Shown here piece after piece: positions 29,906-40,068 of a DNA stretch of 42,481 bases. The stretch spans positions 1 through 42,481 of the forward strand of contig JBLWGC010000105.1 in the NCBI GenBank assembly GCA_048772705.1, written 5' to 3'. The notes beneath the pieces are model-generated. The model saw only the letters and a program-made list of their open reading frames with translations, was not told the DNA's origin and did no database searches. A program made the translations under genes and the position numbers. Each line of letters begins with the position of its first letter. The first letter of the stretch is position 1. The stretch is from Leidyana gryllorum EB-2025a. Taxonomy: Eukaryota; Protista; Apicomplexa.

Positions 29906-30461
29906 TGTTGTAGTTCGTGTTTGCCTGATGGTCAACTTCCTATCGGGTGGCCAAATTCGACTTGGTGGAATTTCCAATCGAATTAACATCCATCTGGATA
30001 CTTCCCTACATATTTGGCACTTATATAGGGGCATGTATAAGATGGTGAAAAGGCATTATTAACGAACGTAAAGCAACTGCTACTAAAGCGTAAAGGCTAA
30101 TGCACCCTAGTGGTCTGAACTCTCTGCGACAGTGTAACTGTGCAGACACTCGCATGAATGATCAGAGTGTGGTGTCGGGGAGAACTACCGTGTGTGTCCA
30201 GCGCGAGGCTCCGCAAGAGTGCGAGCGACTGGCACATGGGTGGAGTGAGAGAGACACCAGAGTGAGAGACACACGCAAGCAAAGTTGGCTAAGTCAGAGT
30301 TGGACTAGGCAAGAGGCGGCCTACGATAACTTTTGCACTTGGTACAACAAGTCGTAGTTGTATCGACAAAAGTTAGCCGGGTGCCACGTGCACGGCGGGC
30401 TGTCCCGCGCGCATCGTGGGGGCATGCTGGGATGAAGTCGCAGGTTGTCCTGACTACAACG
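29906..30461. mobile_element. Non-tRNA insertion, putative solo LTR
   Basis: Only long unique stretch; begins TGTTGTAGT, ends ACTACAACG; TATATA at ~30022; internal hairpin; no TSD. Confidence 0.45.
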
Positions 30462-30463
30462 CC

Positions 30464-30543
30464 TGACAAGAGTGGGATTCGAACCCACGCCCTTTCGGAC
30501 TGCGGCCTGAACACAGCGCCTTGGACCACTCGGCCATCTTGCC
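30464..30543 (-). tRNA. trnL: tRNA-Leu(CAG)
   Basis: Intact. Confidence 0.93.
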
Positions 30544-30637
30544 GAAATGTTGTTGGCTCGCCGCCCCACGCGTTTTCTATCCGTGGAATCTCAAAATGGA
30601 AGAACTTCTGGGGTTGGAGGCCGGCGTATCCAGAGCG

Positions 30638-30708
30638 TCCGAGATAGTATAGCGGTTAGGATTTCCGCCTATCACGCGGAAGACCAGGGTCGATTCCCGG
30701 TCTCGGAG
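30638..30708 (+). pseudogene. tRNA-Asp with ATC anticodon, degenerate
   Basis: CT-ATC-AC; T-arm deletion. Confidence 0.72.
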
Positions 30709-30761
30709 CACAGTTCGTTTTTCCGCTTCAAATTTCGTGGTGCTCAGATAAAGTTTCGAGC

Positions 30762-30834
30762 TACAGCCACCGAGGATCGAACTCGGGACCTTCTGCGTGT
30801 GAAGCAGACGTCGTAACCACTAGACCATGGCTGC
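30762..30834 (-). tRNA. trnV: tRNA-Val(CAC)
   Basis: Intact. Confidence 0.93.
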
Positions 30835-30954
30835 GCGGAGCTTTCGGACTGTGAAAGGGGCGTGTGTCTCTGGAAACAGGTATCTGATGAGGGGCGAAAA
30901 CCACGCAATGCTATGAGGTCTGCACAGCGGGCGACTAGCTCAACAAGATATTAT

Positions 30955-31025
30955 GCATCTGTGGTCTAGTGGTAGAATGTCTCGTTGCCATCGAGACGAC
31001 CCGGGTTCGATTCCCGGCAGATGCA
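30955..31025 (+). tRNA. trnG: tRNA-Gly(GCC)
   Basis: Intact. Confidence 0.93.
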
Positions 31026-31281
31026 GAAGGCACAGTTGGTTTTCCCACCATTCCAGGGATTCACGCTTGAGTTGGTGTCTGACCCCTCCGATCACATCGC
31101 ACGACAACTGCTGGATCTGCACCAGCCCGGCCCAGGCCCTGTAGAGATCAAATCTTCTCCCCTTCCCCACTCGGGCAAGTTGGCAACTGTCGAACTTAGT
31201 AACAGATTCCATCCGTATTCGTCGTAGAATGTTGGGGCTTCTTCGGGTCGAGGGCAACTCTGTATCACAGATCCACTGCCT

Positions 31282-31355
31282 TGGTCACGCCCGGGCTCGA
31301 ACCGGGGACCTTGAGCTTATTAGGCTCACGCTCTAACCGACTGAGCTACGCGACC
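31282..31355 (-). tRNA. trnI: tRNA-Ile(AAT)
   Basis: Intact. Confidence 0.93.
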
Positions 31356-31474
31356 GCCTCCGACGACAGATGGCACCGATTCACTTACTTGATGCCTCTG
31401 CGTCGCCACTGCAATCCTTATCATGTACTGCTGGTGTTTTGAGCCCAGCCGCCTACTCCGATGATCGCAGCACA

Positions 31475-31556
31475 CGACAACTGCTGGATTCGAACCAGCG
31501 CGGGCCAGGCCCAGTAGATTTCTAGTCTATCCCCTTAACCACTCGGGCAAGTTGCC
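31475..31556 (-). tRNA. trnS: tRNA-Ser(AGA)
   Basis: CT-AGA-AA; one mismatch. Confidence 0.85.
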
Positions 31557-31773
31557 ACCTGTCGAATTCGACATGTCGCGGAAGTGACCAAATACCCCCA
31601 TGTTCAGCCTGCCCTGCGGCATTGATAGATGTCTAAACTGACCTCTCGCGTGCAAAGTCACCGCTTTACCACTTGAGATAGCCGCCCACCCGCCAAACCT
31701 AGGTGAACTTCCAATCTGAGACCGAGTCACACTTCTCTGGCGCCTCATTCGTCAGTGCAACTATTGTGACTCG

Positions 31774-31846
31774 TCCACTGTAGTCTAAGTGGCTAGGATA
31801 TGCGGCTCTCACCCGCACGATCCGGGTTCCAGTCCCGGCAGTGGAA
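31774..31846 (+). tRNA. trnE: tRNA-Glu(CTC), variant
   Basis: T-loop TTCCAGT. Confidence 0.8.
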
Positions 31847-31900
31847 CTCCAGCTGAGTGTGCTTGTAGGCAACAGTTCTTACTCCCAGCGAAAAGATGCT

Positions 31901-31973
31901 CACCGCCCGCGGGGCTCGAACCCGCGACTGCAAGATTAAGAGTCTTGCGCTCAACCGACTGAGCTAGGGCGGC
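31901..31973 (-). tRNA. trnK: tRNA-Lys(CTT)
   Basis: CT-CTT-AA; one D-loop change. Confidence 0.87.
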
Positions 31974-32241
31974 AGGAATGCAAGGACACAAAACCCGATA
32001 GCCCGACATCTTAAGTGGCTTTGGTACCCACCAGCCTCACTTGAAGATTGTCCGGGTCGTCTAGGTGCTTACAACAGCAAGTTGTGGCCGTGCATACCCA
32101 GGCCCGAATCCTGGCTTGGATAGTATGTCCCCGATGTCTCGAATGGGAGATGTGGGTGAAGTCTGTCCAGACCCACCATCGAGCGTAGCTGCCCATGTCG
32201 TCTTGATCGCTACACACTTCCATTTGACGGCTCCGCTAGTC

Positions 32242-32314
32242 GGCGCTATGGCCTAATGGATATGGCATCGGTCTACGGAACCGGGGATTCCGGGTTCGAG
32301 TCCCAGTAGCGTCT
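32242..32314 (+). tRNA. trnR: tRNA-Arg(ACG)
   Basis: CT-ACG-GA; TTCGAGT. Confidence 0.87.
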
Positions 32315-32414
32315 GGGCGAATGCCCGGGTTGCAGCCTGTTGAGTCAACAACTCAGATCCTGTCTTAGCTGTTCCGGATGGGTCGAGTGCCGTGTTGCGC
32401 AACAACTATCAGAC

Positions 32415-32486
32415 GGGCTGTTCTGGGAATCGAACCCAGGACTTCTTCCACCCGAAGGAAGAATCATACCACTAGACCAAACAGCC
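32415..32486 (-). tRNA. trnP: tRNA-Pro(CGG)
   Basis: Intact. Confidence 0.92.
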
Positions 32487-32606
32487 ACCTTGTCGGTGGT
32501 TCAACCCGCTGGGTACAGTCGAGAGACTCGTCTCACTATGTGAGGCTGGTGGGTACCAAAGCCACTTTAGATGTCAGGCTATCGGGTTTTGTGTCCTTGC
32601 TTTCCT

Positions 32607-32679
32607 GCCGCCCTAGCTCAGTCGGTAGAGCGCAAGACTCTTAATCTTGCAGTCGCGGGTTCGAGCCCCGCGGGCGGTG
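32607..32679 (+). tRNA. trnK: tRNA-Lys(CTT)
   Basis: Intact. Confidence 0.93.
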
Positions 32680-32731
32680 TGGATCTATATTTCCTGGAAG
32701 TAAGAATGGAACTGTTGCCTGCAAGCACACT

Positions 32732-32804
32732 CTCCACTGCCGGGACTTGAACCCGGATCGTGCGGGTGAGAGCCGCATATCCTAGCCACTTAGACTACAG
32801 TGGA
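32732..32804 (-). tRNA. trnE: tRNA-Glu(CTC)
   Basis: Intact body; 3' flank shortened. Confidence 0.88.
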
Positions 32805-32922
32805 CAACTCCCTCAGCTGCAGCTTTAGCCGAGAGCCGTACCCTCTTGACAAGACGTGATTGCAGAATCCTGCGGTAGAATAAGGGAGGATCTCTATACT
32901 AACCTCTGAAACATTGTAGCTG

Positions 32923-32995
32923 GGTCTTGTAGCTCAGTCGGCAGAGCGTGTGGCTGTTAACCACAAAGTCGCAGGTTCGAAACCTGCCAGGACCG
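32923..32995 (+). tRNA. trnN: tRNA-Asn(GTT)
   Basis: Intact. Confidence 0.92.
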
Positions 32996-33182
32996 GGTTA
33001 TGCGGCACCGTACTCTCTAGACGGCACTTGTGCTCTTGGAACCCCTTTCCAAGGTCGTCGACTTAGCCGAAATGCGATTCTCTAGATGTTAGTTGCCGTG
33101 ACTGCCCTACCGAGGTGGGCTAACGAGGTGGCTGTGTTGGTTCTGAGGGCAACTTGTCCCGTCGGGTAACCGACGACCAAGA

Positions 33183-33254
33183 GGGCTGTTCTGGGAATCG
33201 AACCCAGGACTCCTTCCACCCTAAGGAAGGATCATACCACTAGACCAAACAGCC
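33183..33254 (-). tRNA. trnP: tRNA-Pro(AGG)
   Basis: Intact. Confidence 0.92.
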
Positions 33255-33766
33255 GACTGATCGGTGGTGCAAATTGCTGGTAGAGTCGGGAGACTGGTCA
33301 TAACATGTCAAGAACCACTAAATGCTATGGGGTGTGCAGGGTTACAGGCTGGCAAAGTCAGGCGCCACATTGAGGCCGACCCGCGTGCATACTCAGACCT
33401 TGAGCACTCGGGCCAGTTGCCATCTGTCGAGCTCGGCATTTTGCGGCCAGCGGCTTCACATACGGTTTGGCAAGACTGGCTCGCACATGCGGTGGGTCAC
33501 TCATCTTCACCGCGCTCCATGACTTTCTCGCGCGTAGGAAGCTCAGTTAGAGAGCGCTAGACAAGACTTGGAAGTTCCGTGTTCGATCCGCCGGCGAGGC
33601 AAAGAGGTCGTCACATCGAGTATCAGAATGCGCCGCGTCCGTGCCGCCCCGAGGTTGCCAGCGACATGTCTTACCCGCTGCACTTTTTAACAACGGTTTG
33701 GGGGAGGTTTTGAGATCAAATACTCCTTTCACCCAACCAGTATCGAGATGACCGAAGCTTATCCAT

Positions 33767-33839
33767 GGTGCAGTGGCCTGATGGATAGGGCATCGGTCTT
33801 CGGAACCGGGAGTTGTGGGTTCGAGTCCCATCCGCACCA
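33767..33839 (+). tRNA. trnR: tRNA-Arg(TCG), variant
   Basis: CT-TCG-GA. Confidence 0.78.
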
Positions 33840-34062
33840 CAGCCTCTCACTCGGAATCCGTTCCGTTTTGGCCGAGGCAAGCTTGCTAGCTGTATGGGGA
33901 GCCACTGCCGCCCATGTCGAGTTGAAGTGCTAGTGGTATATTCTTCCCTCGCCTGGGGGAGTGTTCGATTCGATTCCCGAACAGTCCGTTTTTTGTAGGT
34001 TGCAGACAGCTCGACGCAGAAATCGCCCGAATCTCTCGGGGTGCTGCGGCTCTTTCGCAATT

Positions 34063-34132
34063 GCACTTGTGGTCTAAGGGTAAGATGCGACCCTTCCAAG
34101 GTCGTAACCCGGGTTCGAGTCCCGGCAGTGCA
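34063..34132 (+). tRNA. trnG: tRNA-Gly(TCC), 1-nt acceptor deletion
   Basis: CT-TCC-AA. Confidence 0.72.
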
Positions 34133-34419
34133 GCCGTATGTAGCTTGAACGACGGTCTATCAGTGAACTTAGGGGACCGACTGCCTATTCAACGGCTGAC
34201 AATAGTGGGATTCGAACCAACGCCCATTCGGACCGCGGCTTGCGCACGTGCCCTCAGACCACTCGGCCATGTTGCCAGCTCGGTGACGCTCCCGCCAACC
34301 ACGCGTTTCCTCTCTGTGGAAGCAGATCCGGGGTGCTCCGCGGTGCCAAACTCGAGTTCCGGTAAGATTGGACGACCTGGGTACCGACCCATGCGCAGCG
34401 AGCGCTTTACCGTTCGGGC

Positions 34420-34499
34420 TGACAAGAGTGGGATTCGAACCCACGCCCTTTCGGACTGCGGCCTGAACACAGCGCCTTAGACCACTCGGCCATCTTGCC
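34420..34499 (-). tRNA. trnL: tRNA-Leu(CAG)
   Basis: Intact. Confidence 0.93.
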
Positions 34500-34591
34500 G
34501 CAGTCTTGTTGGTTCGTCGCTCCACGCGGTTTTTTGTCCGTGAGCCGAAATAGAAAGACTTCTGGGATTGGCGACCGGCGTGTTCCGGGCG

Positions 34592-34663
34592 TCCGAGTTA
34601 GTATAGTGGTTAGTGTCGCCGCCTGCCACGCGGAACACCCGGGATCGATTCCCGGTCTCGAAA
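34592..34663 (+). pseudogene. tRNA-Asp body with GCC anticodon, degenerate
   Basis: CT-GCC-AC; damaged T-loop. Confidence 0.7.
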
Positions 34664-34718
34664 CGCAGGTGGTTTTGCCAAAGATTCTCTCCTTTGGTTC
34701 TCGCTGAAAGTTGCGAGC

Positions 34719-34791
34719 TACAGCCACCGAGGATCGAACTCGGGACCTTCTGCGTGCAAAGCAGACGTCGTAACCACTAGACCATTGCTGC
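34719..34791 (-). pseudogene. tRNA-Val body with TGC anticodon
   Basis: Copy of 18046-18118. Confidence 0.75.
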
Positions 34792-34855
34792 ACGGATGGT
34801 CCCCGCAGCCCAAGAGAAGTGGCGAAATTTGAAGGAGTACGGAGGACCAGTGCCA

Positions 34856-34927
34856 AGGTCGCGCCGGGAATCGAACCCAGGTCGGGAGATTCAAAGTCTC
34901 CAGTGCTAACCACTACACCACGCAACC
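34856..34927 (-). tRNA. trnQ: tRNA-Gln(TTG)
   Basis: Intact. Confidence 0.92.
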
Positions 34928-35085
34928 GGTTCAGCCCATCCCAAAAGAGGCGGTAGAGCCATCCGGACTAGCGCTCCGTCAACTGGACACATGCAACACG
35001 CGACTGGCAGGTTCCAAACCTGCGACTTCGTGGCTACGATGATTGGAGTTGCGATAAGCTTGCAGGTGCTCATTCGATGCAGTCG

Positions 35086-35157
35086 AGCCTTCTGCCGGAA
35101 TCGAACCGGCGACCTTTCGCTTACTAAGCGAATGCTCTGCCCCTAAGCTAAGAAGGC
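35086..35157 (-). tRNA. trnT: tRNA-Thr(AGT)
   Basis: Intact. Confidence 0.92.
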
Positions 35158-35233
35158 AATGCAAGCCAAGGATCACGAATCAGTCACTATTGACGGAGGT
35201 TACTGGAGCACTTTGCTCGAATGGTCCAATGAC

Positions 35234-35306
35234 TTCCACTGCCGGGACTTGAACCCGGATCGTGCGGGTGAAAGCCGCATATCCTAGCCACTTAGACTAC
35301 AGTGGA
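35234..35306 (-). tRNA. trnE: tRNA-Glu(TTC)
   Basis: Intact. Confidence 0.92.
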
Positions 35307-35423
35307 CAACTCAATCAGCTGCAGCTTTAGCCAAGAGCTGTACCCTCTTGACAAGACGTGATTGCAGAATCCTGCGGTAGAAAAAGGAGGATCTCTATAC
35401 TAACCTCTGAACCATTGTAGCTG

Positions 35424-35496
35424 GGTCTTGTAGCTCAGTCGGCAGAACGTGTGGCTGTTAACCACAAAGTCGCAGGTTCGAAACCTGCCAGGACCG
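35424..35496 (+). tRNA. trnN: tRNA-Asn(GTT)
   Basis: Copy of 18771-18843. Confidence 0.83.
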
Positions 35497-35611
35497 GTTT
35501 CAGAGGCACACTAAACACTGACTGCGCTGCTCTCCCAATGGCACTTGTGGTCTGCGACCCTTCAAAGATGTAAGTTTGTTTGGATCCCCCCACCTGCAGC
35601 CGTACGTACTT

Positions 35612-35684
35612 TGGACGACCTGGGTATCAATCCCAATACCTCTCGCATGCGAAGCGAGCGCTCTACCATCTGAGCTAGCCGCCC
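35612..35684 (-). tRNA. trnA: tRNA-Ala(CGC), variant
   Basis: Copy of 18959-19031. Confidence 0.75.
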
Positions 35685-36171
35685 ATCCGCTCATCCGCTC
35701 TACATGGAAGACCTATTGCATCCAGTGGCTGACCGAGGGCCGATACAACGGCTGACAAGAGTGGGATCCGAACCCACGCCCTTTCGGACGGCGGCCTTAA
35801 GACAGCGCCTTGGACCACTCGGCCATCTTGCCGGAGTGTTCTTGGCTCGCCACTTTACACGTTTTCTGTTCGCGAAGTCTCGAGAAGGGAGGCTTTTGGG
35901 GTTGAAGATGTCGTTCTGGGTGCGGTGTACCGCCCCGAAGTACTATCACGGCCCGCGGTGCTTACATTACAACCCATCTGATTGTAGTGGTGGCATCAGA
36001 TATTCGACGGGTAAATGCCGTCCCACCCGGAGTTGAGGAGTGGACTTCTTACAACGTAATTCGTCTGAGGCTCCTGTTCCATTCCATACTCCGGTCATCA
36101 ACCCCAAAAGTCCTCCCTTCTCGAGACTTCACAGACAGAAAGCGTGTAAAGTGGCGAGCCAAGGGCGCTCC

Positions 36172-36251
36172 GGCAAGATGGCCCAGTGGTCTAAGGCGCT
36201 GTGTTAAGGCCGCAGTCCGAAAGGGCGTGGGTTCGAATCCCACTCTTGTCA
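36172..36251 (+). tRNA. trnL: tRNA-Leu(AAG)
   Basis: One D-arm substitution. Confidence 0.85.
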
Positions 36252-36318
36252 ACCGTTGTATTGTATTGAGTCGTCCCCTCTCTTCACCGATAGACAGGTC
36301 GTTCGAGCTACAAACGGC

Positions 36319-36389
36319 TGCACCTGCCGGGACTCGAACCCGGGTTACGACCTTGGAAGGGTCGCATCTTACCCTTAGACCACAAGTGC
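36319..36389 (-). tRNA. trnG: tRNA-Gly(TCC)
   Basis: Intact. Confidence 0.93.
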
Positions 36390-36793
36390 AGTTGCGAAAG
36401 ATCTGCAGCACCCCGAGGGACTCGGGCAATTTCTGCTTCCAGCTGTCTGCAACCTACTCAAGAACGGACTGTTCGGGGATCGAATCGAGCACTTCCACAG
36501 ACGAAGGAAACTGATACCACTAGCACTTCAACTCGACATACGGGGCAGCGGCTCTCATACAGCTAGCAAGCTTGCCTCGGTCGAAACGGAACGTCGTCCG
36601 AGTGAGAGGATATGATGCGGATCGGCCTCGGACCCACAACTCCCGGTTCCGAAGACCGATGCCCTATCCAGTAGGCCACCGCACCATGGAGAGGCTTCGG
36701 TCATCTCGATACTCGTGGGGTGAAAGAAGTCTTCGATCTCAGAACCTCCCCCAAACCGTTGTGAAAAAGTGCCAGCGAGTAAGACATGTCGTC

Positions 36794-36875
36794 GGCAAGG
36801 TGGCCGAGTGGTTAAGGCGGCGGCCTGCTAAGCCGTTGGGTTCTACCCGCGTGAGTTCGAATCTCACCCTTGTCG
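36794..36875 (+). tRNA. trnS: tRNA-Ser(GCT)
   Basis: Intact. Confidence 0.93.
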
Positions 36876-37163
36876 GTAGCATTCGGGGAGAGCGCATCTG
36901 CTTCAATGATTGAACTGAGGATTTTGGCCGACTCGAATCCAACTCTTTACGCTGGGGGCTGTATACAAAAGCCAGTTACAATACTTCAGAGGTTAGTAGA
37001 GAGACCCGTGTTTCATGTGTCCAGTTGAGGAAGCGCTAGTCCGACTCTTCTGGGATGGGCTGAACCGGTTGCGTCCTTGGTGGTTAGCACTCGACACTTT
37101 GGATTTTCCGACCTGGGTCCGACCCCGGCGCGACCCTTGAACTGGGCTGCGGGGACCATCCAT

Positions 37164-37236
37164 GCAGCCATGGTCTAGTGGTTACGACGTCTGCTTAACA
37201 CGCAGAAGGTCCCGAGTTCGATCCTCGGTGGCTGTA
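37164..37236 (+). tRNA. trnV: tRNA-Val(AAC)
   Basis: Intact. Confidence 0.93.
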
Positions 37237-37291
37237 GCTCGCAACTTTCAGCGGGCACCAAAAAAGACAATCTTAAGCGAGATCAAGTGTG

Positions 37292-37363
37292 CTCCGAGAC
37301 CGGGAATCGAACCCGGGTCTTCCGCGTGACAGGCGGAAATACTAACCACTATACTATCTCGGA
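37292..37363 (-). tRNA. trnD: tRNA-Asp(GTC)
   Basis: Intact. Confidence 0.94.
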
Positions 37364-37572
37364 CGCTCCGAACACACCGGCCTGAAACCCCAAAAGTCCT
37401 TCATCTTGAGATTCCAGGGATAGAAAACGCGTGGAGCGGCGAGCCAACAACATCCCGGCAAGATGACCGAGTGGTCTGAGGCGCTGTGCTCAGACCGGAG
37501 TCCGAAAGGTCGTGGGTTCGAATCCCACTTTTGTCAGGTTGCGCCCCAAACGGGAAAAACATAGAGTCCGGT

Positions 37573-37643
37573 TGAGCCCAGAGTGATTCGACACCCAACG
37601 TTCTGATCTGGAGTCAGACGCGCTACCGTTGCGCCATAGGCCC
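37573..37643 (-). pseudogene. tRNA-Trp(CCA), T-loop deletion
   Basis: GTGTCGAATC lacks one T. Confidence 0.72.
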
Positions 37644-37815
37644 AAAACCATCCCCCGTTCCAGACTCATTTACCGGCAATCGGCCCGCTTCTTAGGCGTG
37701 ACATCCGAAAATAGTAACCACTATGCTATCTCGGACGCTCTGAACACGCCACGGACATTCCATTCGTTCAGAAAACGGCCGCTACCGTGTACGAGCTTCA
37801 ACAACAAGGTGTGAC

Positions 37816-37886
37816 GCATCTGTGGTCTAGTGGTAGAATGTCTCGTTGCCATCGAGACGACCCGGGTTCGATTCCCGGCAGATGCA
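37816..37886 (+). tRNA. trnG: tRNA-Gly(GCC)
   Basis: Intact. Confidence 0.93.
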
Positions 37887-37952
37887 GAGGACACATGGTT
37901 GCTTTTCCACATTCAGAAATGAGTTGGTGTTTAACCCTCCAACCACATCGCA

Positions 37953-38034
37953 CGACAACTGCTGGATTTGAACCAGCGCGGGCCCGGCCCAGTAGATTTC
38001 TAGTCTACCCCCTTAACCACTCGGGCAAGTTGCC
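37953..38034 (-). tRNA. trnS: tRNA-Ser(AGA)
   Basis: Intact. Confidence 0.92.
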
Positions 38035-38266
38035 GTTGTCGAACTTGGCATTTTGCGGCCAGTGGCTTCACATACGGTTCAGCAAGCTTTACTAGGACTG
38101 CTCGCGCCGCCCGAACCCGCGGTTCTCCCTTCAAAAGTCTTGTGCTCTACCGACGGAGTTGGGGCGGCAAGAAAGCTCGGACTTGGTAACAAATTCCAGT
38201 CGTATTGATGGTGGAATCTTTCCGAGACGGTTCGGCTCTCGGCCGAAGCCTAAACTCGAGCACTCG

Positions 38267-38339
38267 TCCACTGTAGTCTAAGTGGCTAGGATATGCGGCT
38301 TTCACCCGCACGATCCGGGTTCAAGTCCCGGCAGTGGAA
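38267..38339 (+). tRNA. trnE: tRNA-Glu(TTC)
   Basis: Intact. Confidence 0.92.
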
Positions 38340-38415
38340 GTCATTAGAGTACTCGATCAAAGTGCTCTGATAACTTGCGTAAATAGGGACTGATGCGTGA
38401 TTCCCGGCTTGCATT

Positions 38416-38487
38416 GCCTTCTTAGCTTAGGGGCAGAGCATTCGCTTAGTAAGCGAAAGGTCGCCGGTTCGATTCCGGCAGAAGCCT
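38416..38487 (+). tRNA. trnT: tRNA-Thr(AGT), variant
   Basis: One acceptor mismatch. Confidence 0.8.
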
Positions 38488-38534
38488 TGCTCACGAGCCA
38501 ATCTATCCTACAACTGTTCCCTTCTGGGCACACT

Positions 38535-38606
38535 TAGCAGTGCGTCGTTTCGATCGACGGACCTTTGGGTTATGAGCCCAACACTCTTCCACTGAGCTAC
38601 ACTGCT
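38535..38606 (-). tRNA. trnMi: initiator tRNA-Met(CAT)
   Basis: Intact iMet hallmarks. Confidence 0.92.
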
Positions 38607-38641
38607 TAGTCTGCAACATGTCAGAGGTAGCCGAAATGCGA

Positions 38642-38755
38642 TTCTCGAGAGGTTAGTTGCGCTGACTGCCCTACCGAAGTGGGCTAACGAGGTGGCGCGC
38701 TTCTCGAGAGGTTAGTTGCGCTGACTGCCCTACCGAAGTGGGCTAACGAGGTGGC
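38642..38755 (+). repeat. 59-bp-period tandem duplication
   Basis: TTCTCGAGAGGTTAGTTGCG...AACGAGGTGGC x2; single copy at ~22015-22070. Confidence 0.88.
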
Positions 38756-38960
38756 TGTGTTGGTTCTGGGGCAACTTGTCCGATCGGGTCAACCGACGAC
38801 CAAGAGGGCTGTGCTGGGAATCGAACCAGGACTCCACCCTGAGGAGGGGTCACAGCACTAGACCAAACAGCCCGTCGGACATAATGTGTCAAGAACCACT
38901 TGTTGCTGTGGGGTCTGCACAGCGGGCGACCGAATGGAGTTGATGCCCGATCACATAACA

Positions 38961-39042
38961 CGACAACTGCTGGATTTGAACCAGCGCGGGCCAGGCCCAG
39001 TAGATTTCAAGTCTACCCCCTTAACCACTCGGGCAAGTTGCC
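38961..39042 (-). tRNA. trnS: tRNA-Ser(TGA)
   Basis: Intact. Confidence 0.92.
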
Positions 39043-39260
39043 AACTGTCGAATTCGACATGCCGCGAGGAGTGACCAAATACCCCCATGTTCAGCCTGTC
39101 CTGCGGCATTGATAGGTGTCTAAACTGACCTCTCGCGTGCCAAGTCACCGCTCTACCACTTGAGATAGCCGCCCACTCGCCAAACCTAGGTGAACTTCCC
39201 ATCTGAGACCGACTCACAGTTCTCTGGCGCCTCATTCGTCAGTGCAACTGTTGTGAGTCG

Positions 39261-39333
39261 TCCACTGTAGTCTAAGTGGCTAGGATATGCGGCTTTCACC
39301 CGCATGATCCGGGTTCAAGTCCCGGCAGTGGAA
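39261..39333 (+). tRNA. trnE: tRNA-Glu(TTC)
   Basis: Intact. Confidence 0.9.
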
Positions 39334-39409
39334 GTCATTGGACCATTCGAGCAAAGTGCTCCAGTAACCTCCGTCAATAGTGACTGACTCGTGATCTTTG
39401 GCTTGCATT

Positions 39410-39481
39410 GCCTTCTTAGCTTAGGGGCAGAGCATTCGCTTAGTAAGCGAAAGGTCGCCGGTTCGATTCCGGCAGAAGGCT
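39410..39481 (+). tRNA. trnT: tRNA-Thr(AGT)
   Basis: Intact. Confidence 0.92.
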
Positions 39482-39530
39482 TTGGTCACGACCCAATCAA
39501 TTCTATAGCTGTTTCCCTCCTGCGCACACT

Positions 39531-39602
39531 TAGCAGTGCGTCGTTTCGATCGACGGACCTTTGGGTTATGAGCCCAACACTCTTCCACTGAGCTACACTG
39601 CT
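39531..39602 (-). tRNA. trnMi: initiator tRNA-Met(CAT)
   Basis: Intact. Confidence 0.92.
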
Positions 39603-39739
39603 TAGTCTGGAACATGGAAGAGGGAGCAGGAATGCGATTCTTGAGATGTTAATTGCCTTGAGTGCCGAAGTGGTAACGAGGTGGCTGGCTGTGTTACTTC
39701 TAAAACTGCTTATCCCAGCGGGTCAACCGACAACCAAGA

Positions 39740-39811
39740 GGGCTGTTCTGGGAATTGAACCCAGGACTCCTTCCACCCTAAGGAAGGATCATACTACTAG
39801 ACCAAACAGCC
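39740..39811 (-). tRNA. trnP: tRNA-Pro(AGG), variant
   Basis: D-loop GG changed to AG. Confidence 0.75.
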
Positions 39812-39988
39812 GCCTGTTGGTCGTGCAACCCGCTGAGGACAGTTGAGACATACTATGTTGAGAACCAACAAATGCGATGGAGTGTGCACAAGGGACAACT
39901 AGCTCAAATGGTAGAGCGCTCGCTTAGCATGCGCACTACATGGAAGACCTATTGGATGCAGTGGCTGACCGACTGCCCACACAACGGC

Positions 39989-40068
39989 TGACAAGAGTGG
40001 GATTCGAACCCACGCCCTTGCGGACTGCGGCCTTAACACAGCGCCTTAGACCACTCGGCCATCTTGCC
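39989..40068 (-). tRNA. trnL: tRNA-Leu(AAG)
   Basis: Intact. Confidence 0.9.

Larger units (their letters stand above)
34420..38870 (+). repeat. Segmental duplication copy B (direct repeat of ~17748-22180)
   Basis: Colinear and near-identical, with small indels. Confidence 0.93.
39329..40041 (+). repeat. Left arm of inverted repeat (partner 41769-42481)
   Basis: Paired coordinates sum to 81810 throughout; near-identical reverse complement. Confidence 0.92.

Noticed and set aside
30638-30708. Functional rare Asp-ATC isoacceptor
   Set aside because: It has a T-arm deletion and several other substitutions, consistent with decay.
38961-39042. Selenocysteine or opal-suppressor tRNA suggested by TTCAA on the plus strand
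   Set aside because: On the coding strand the anticodon is TGA (Ser) with a standard 7/5 acceptor/T-stem. No TCA, CTA or TTA anticodon was found in any intact gene, so there is no evidence for stop-codon reassignment.
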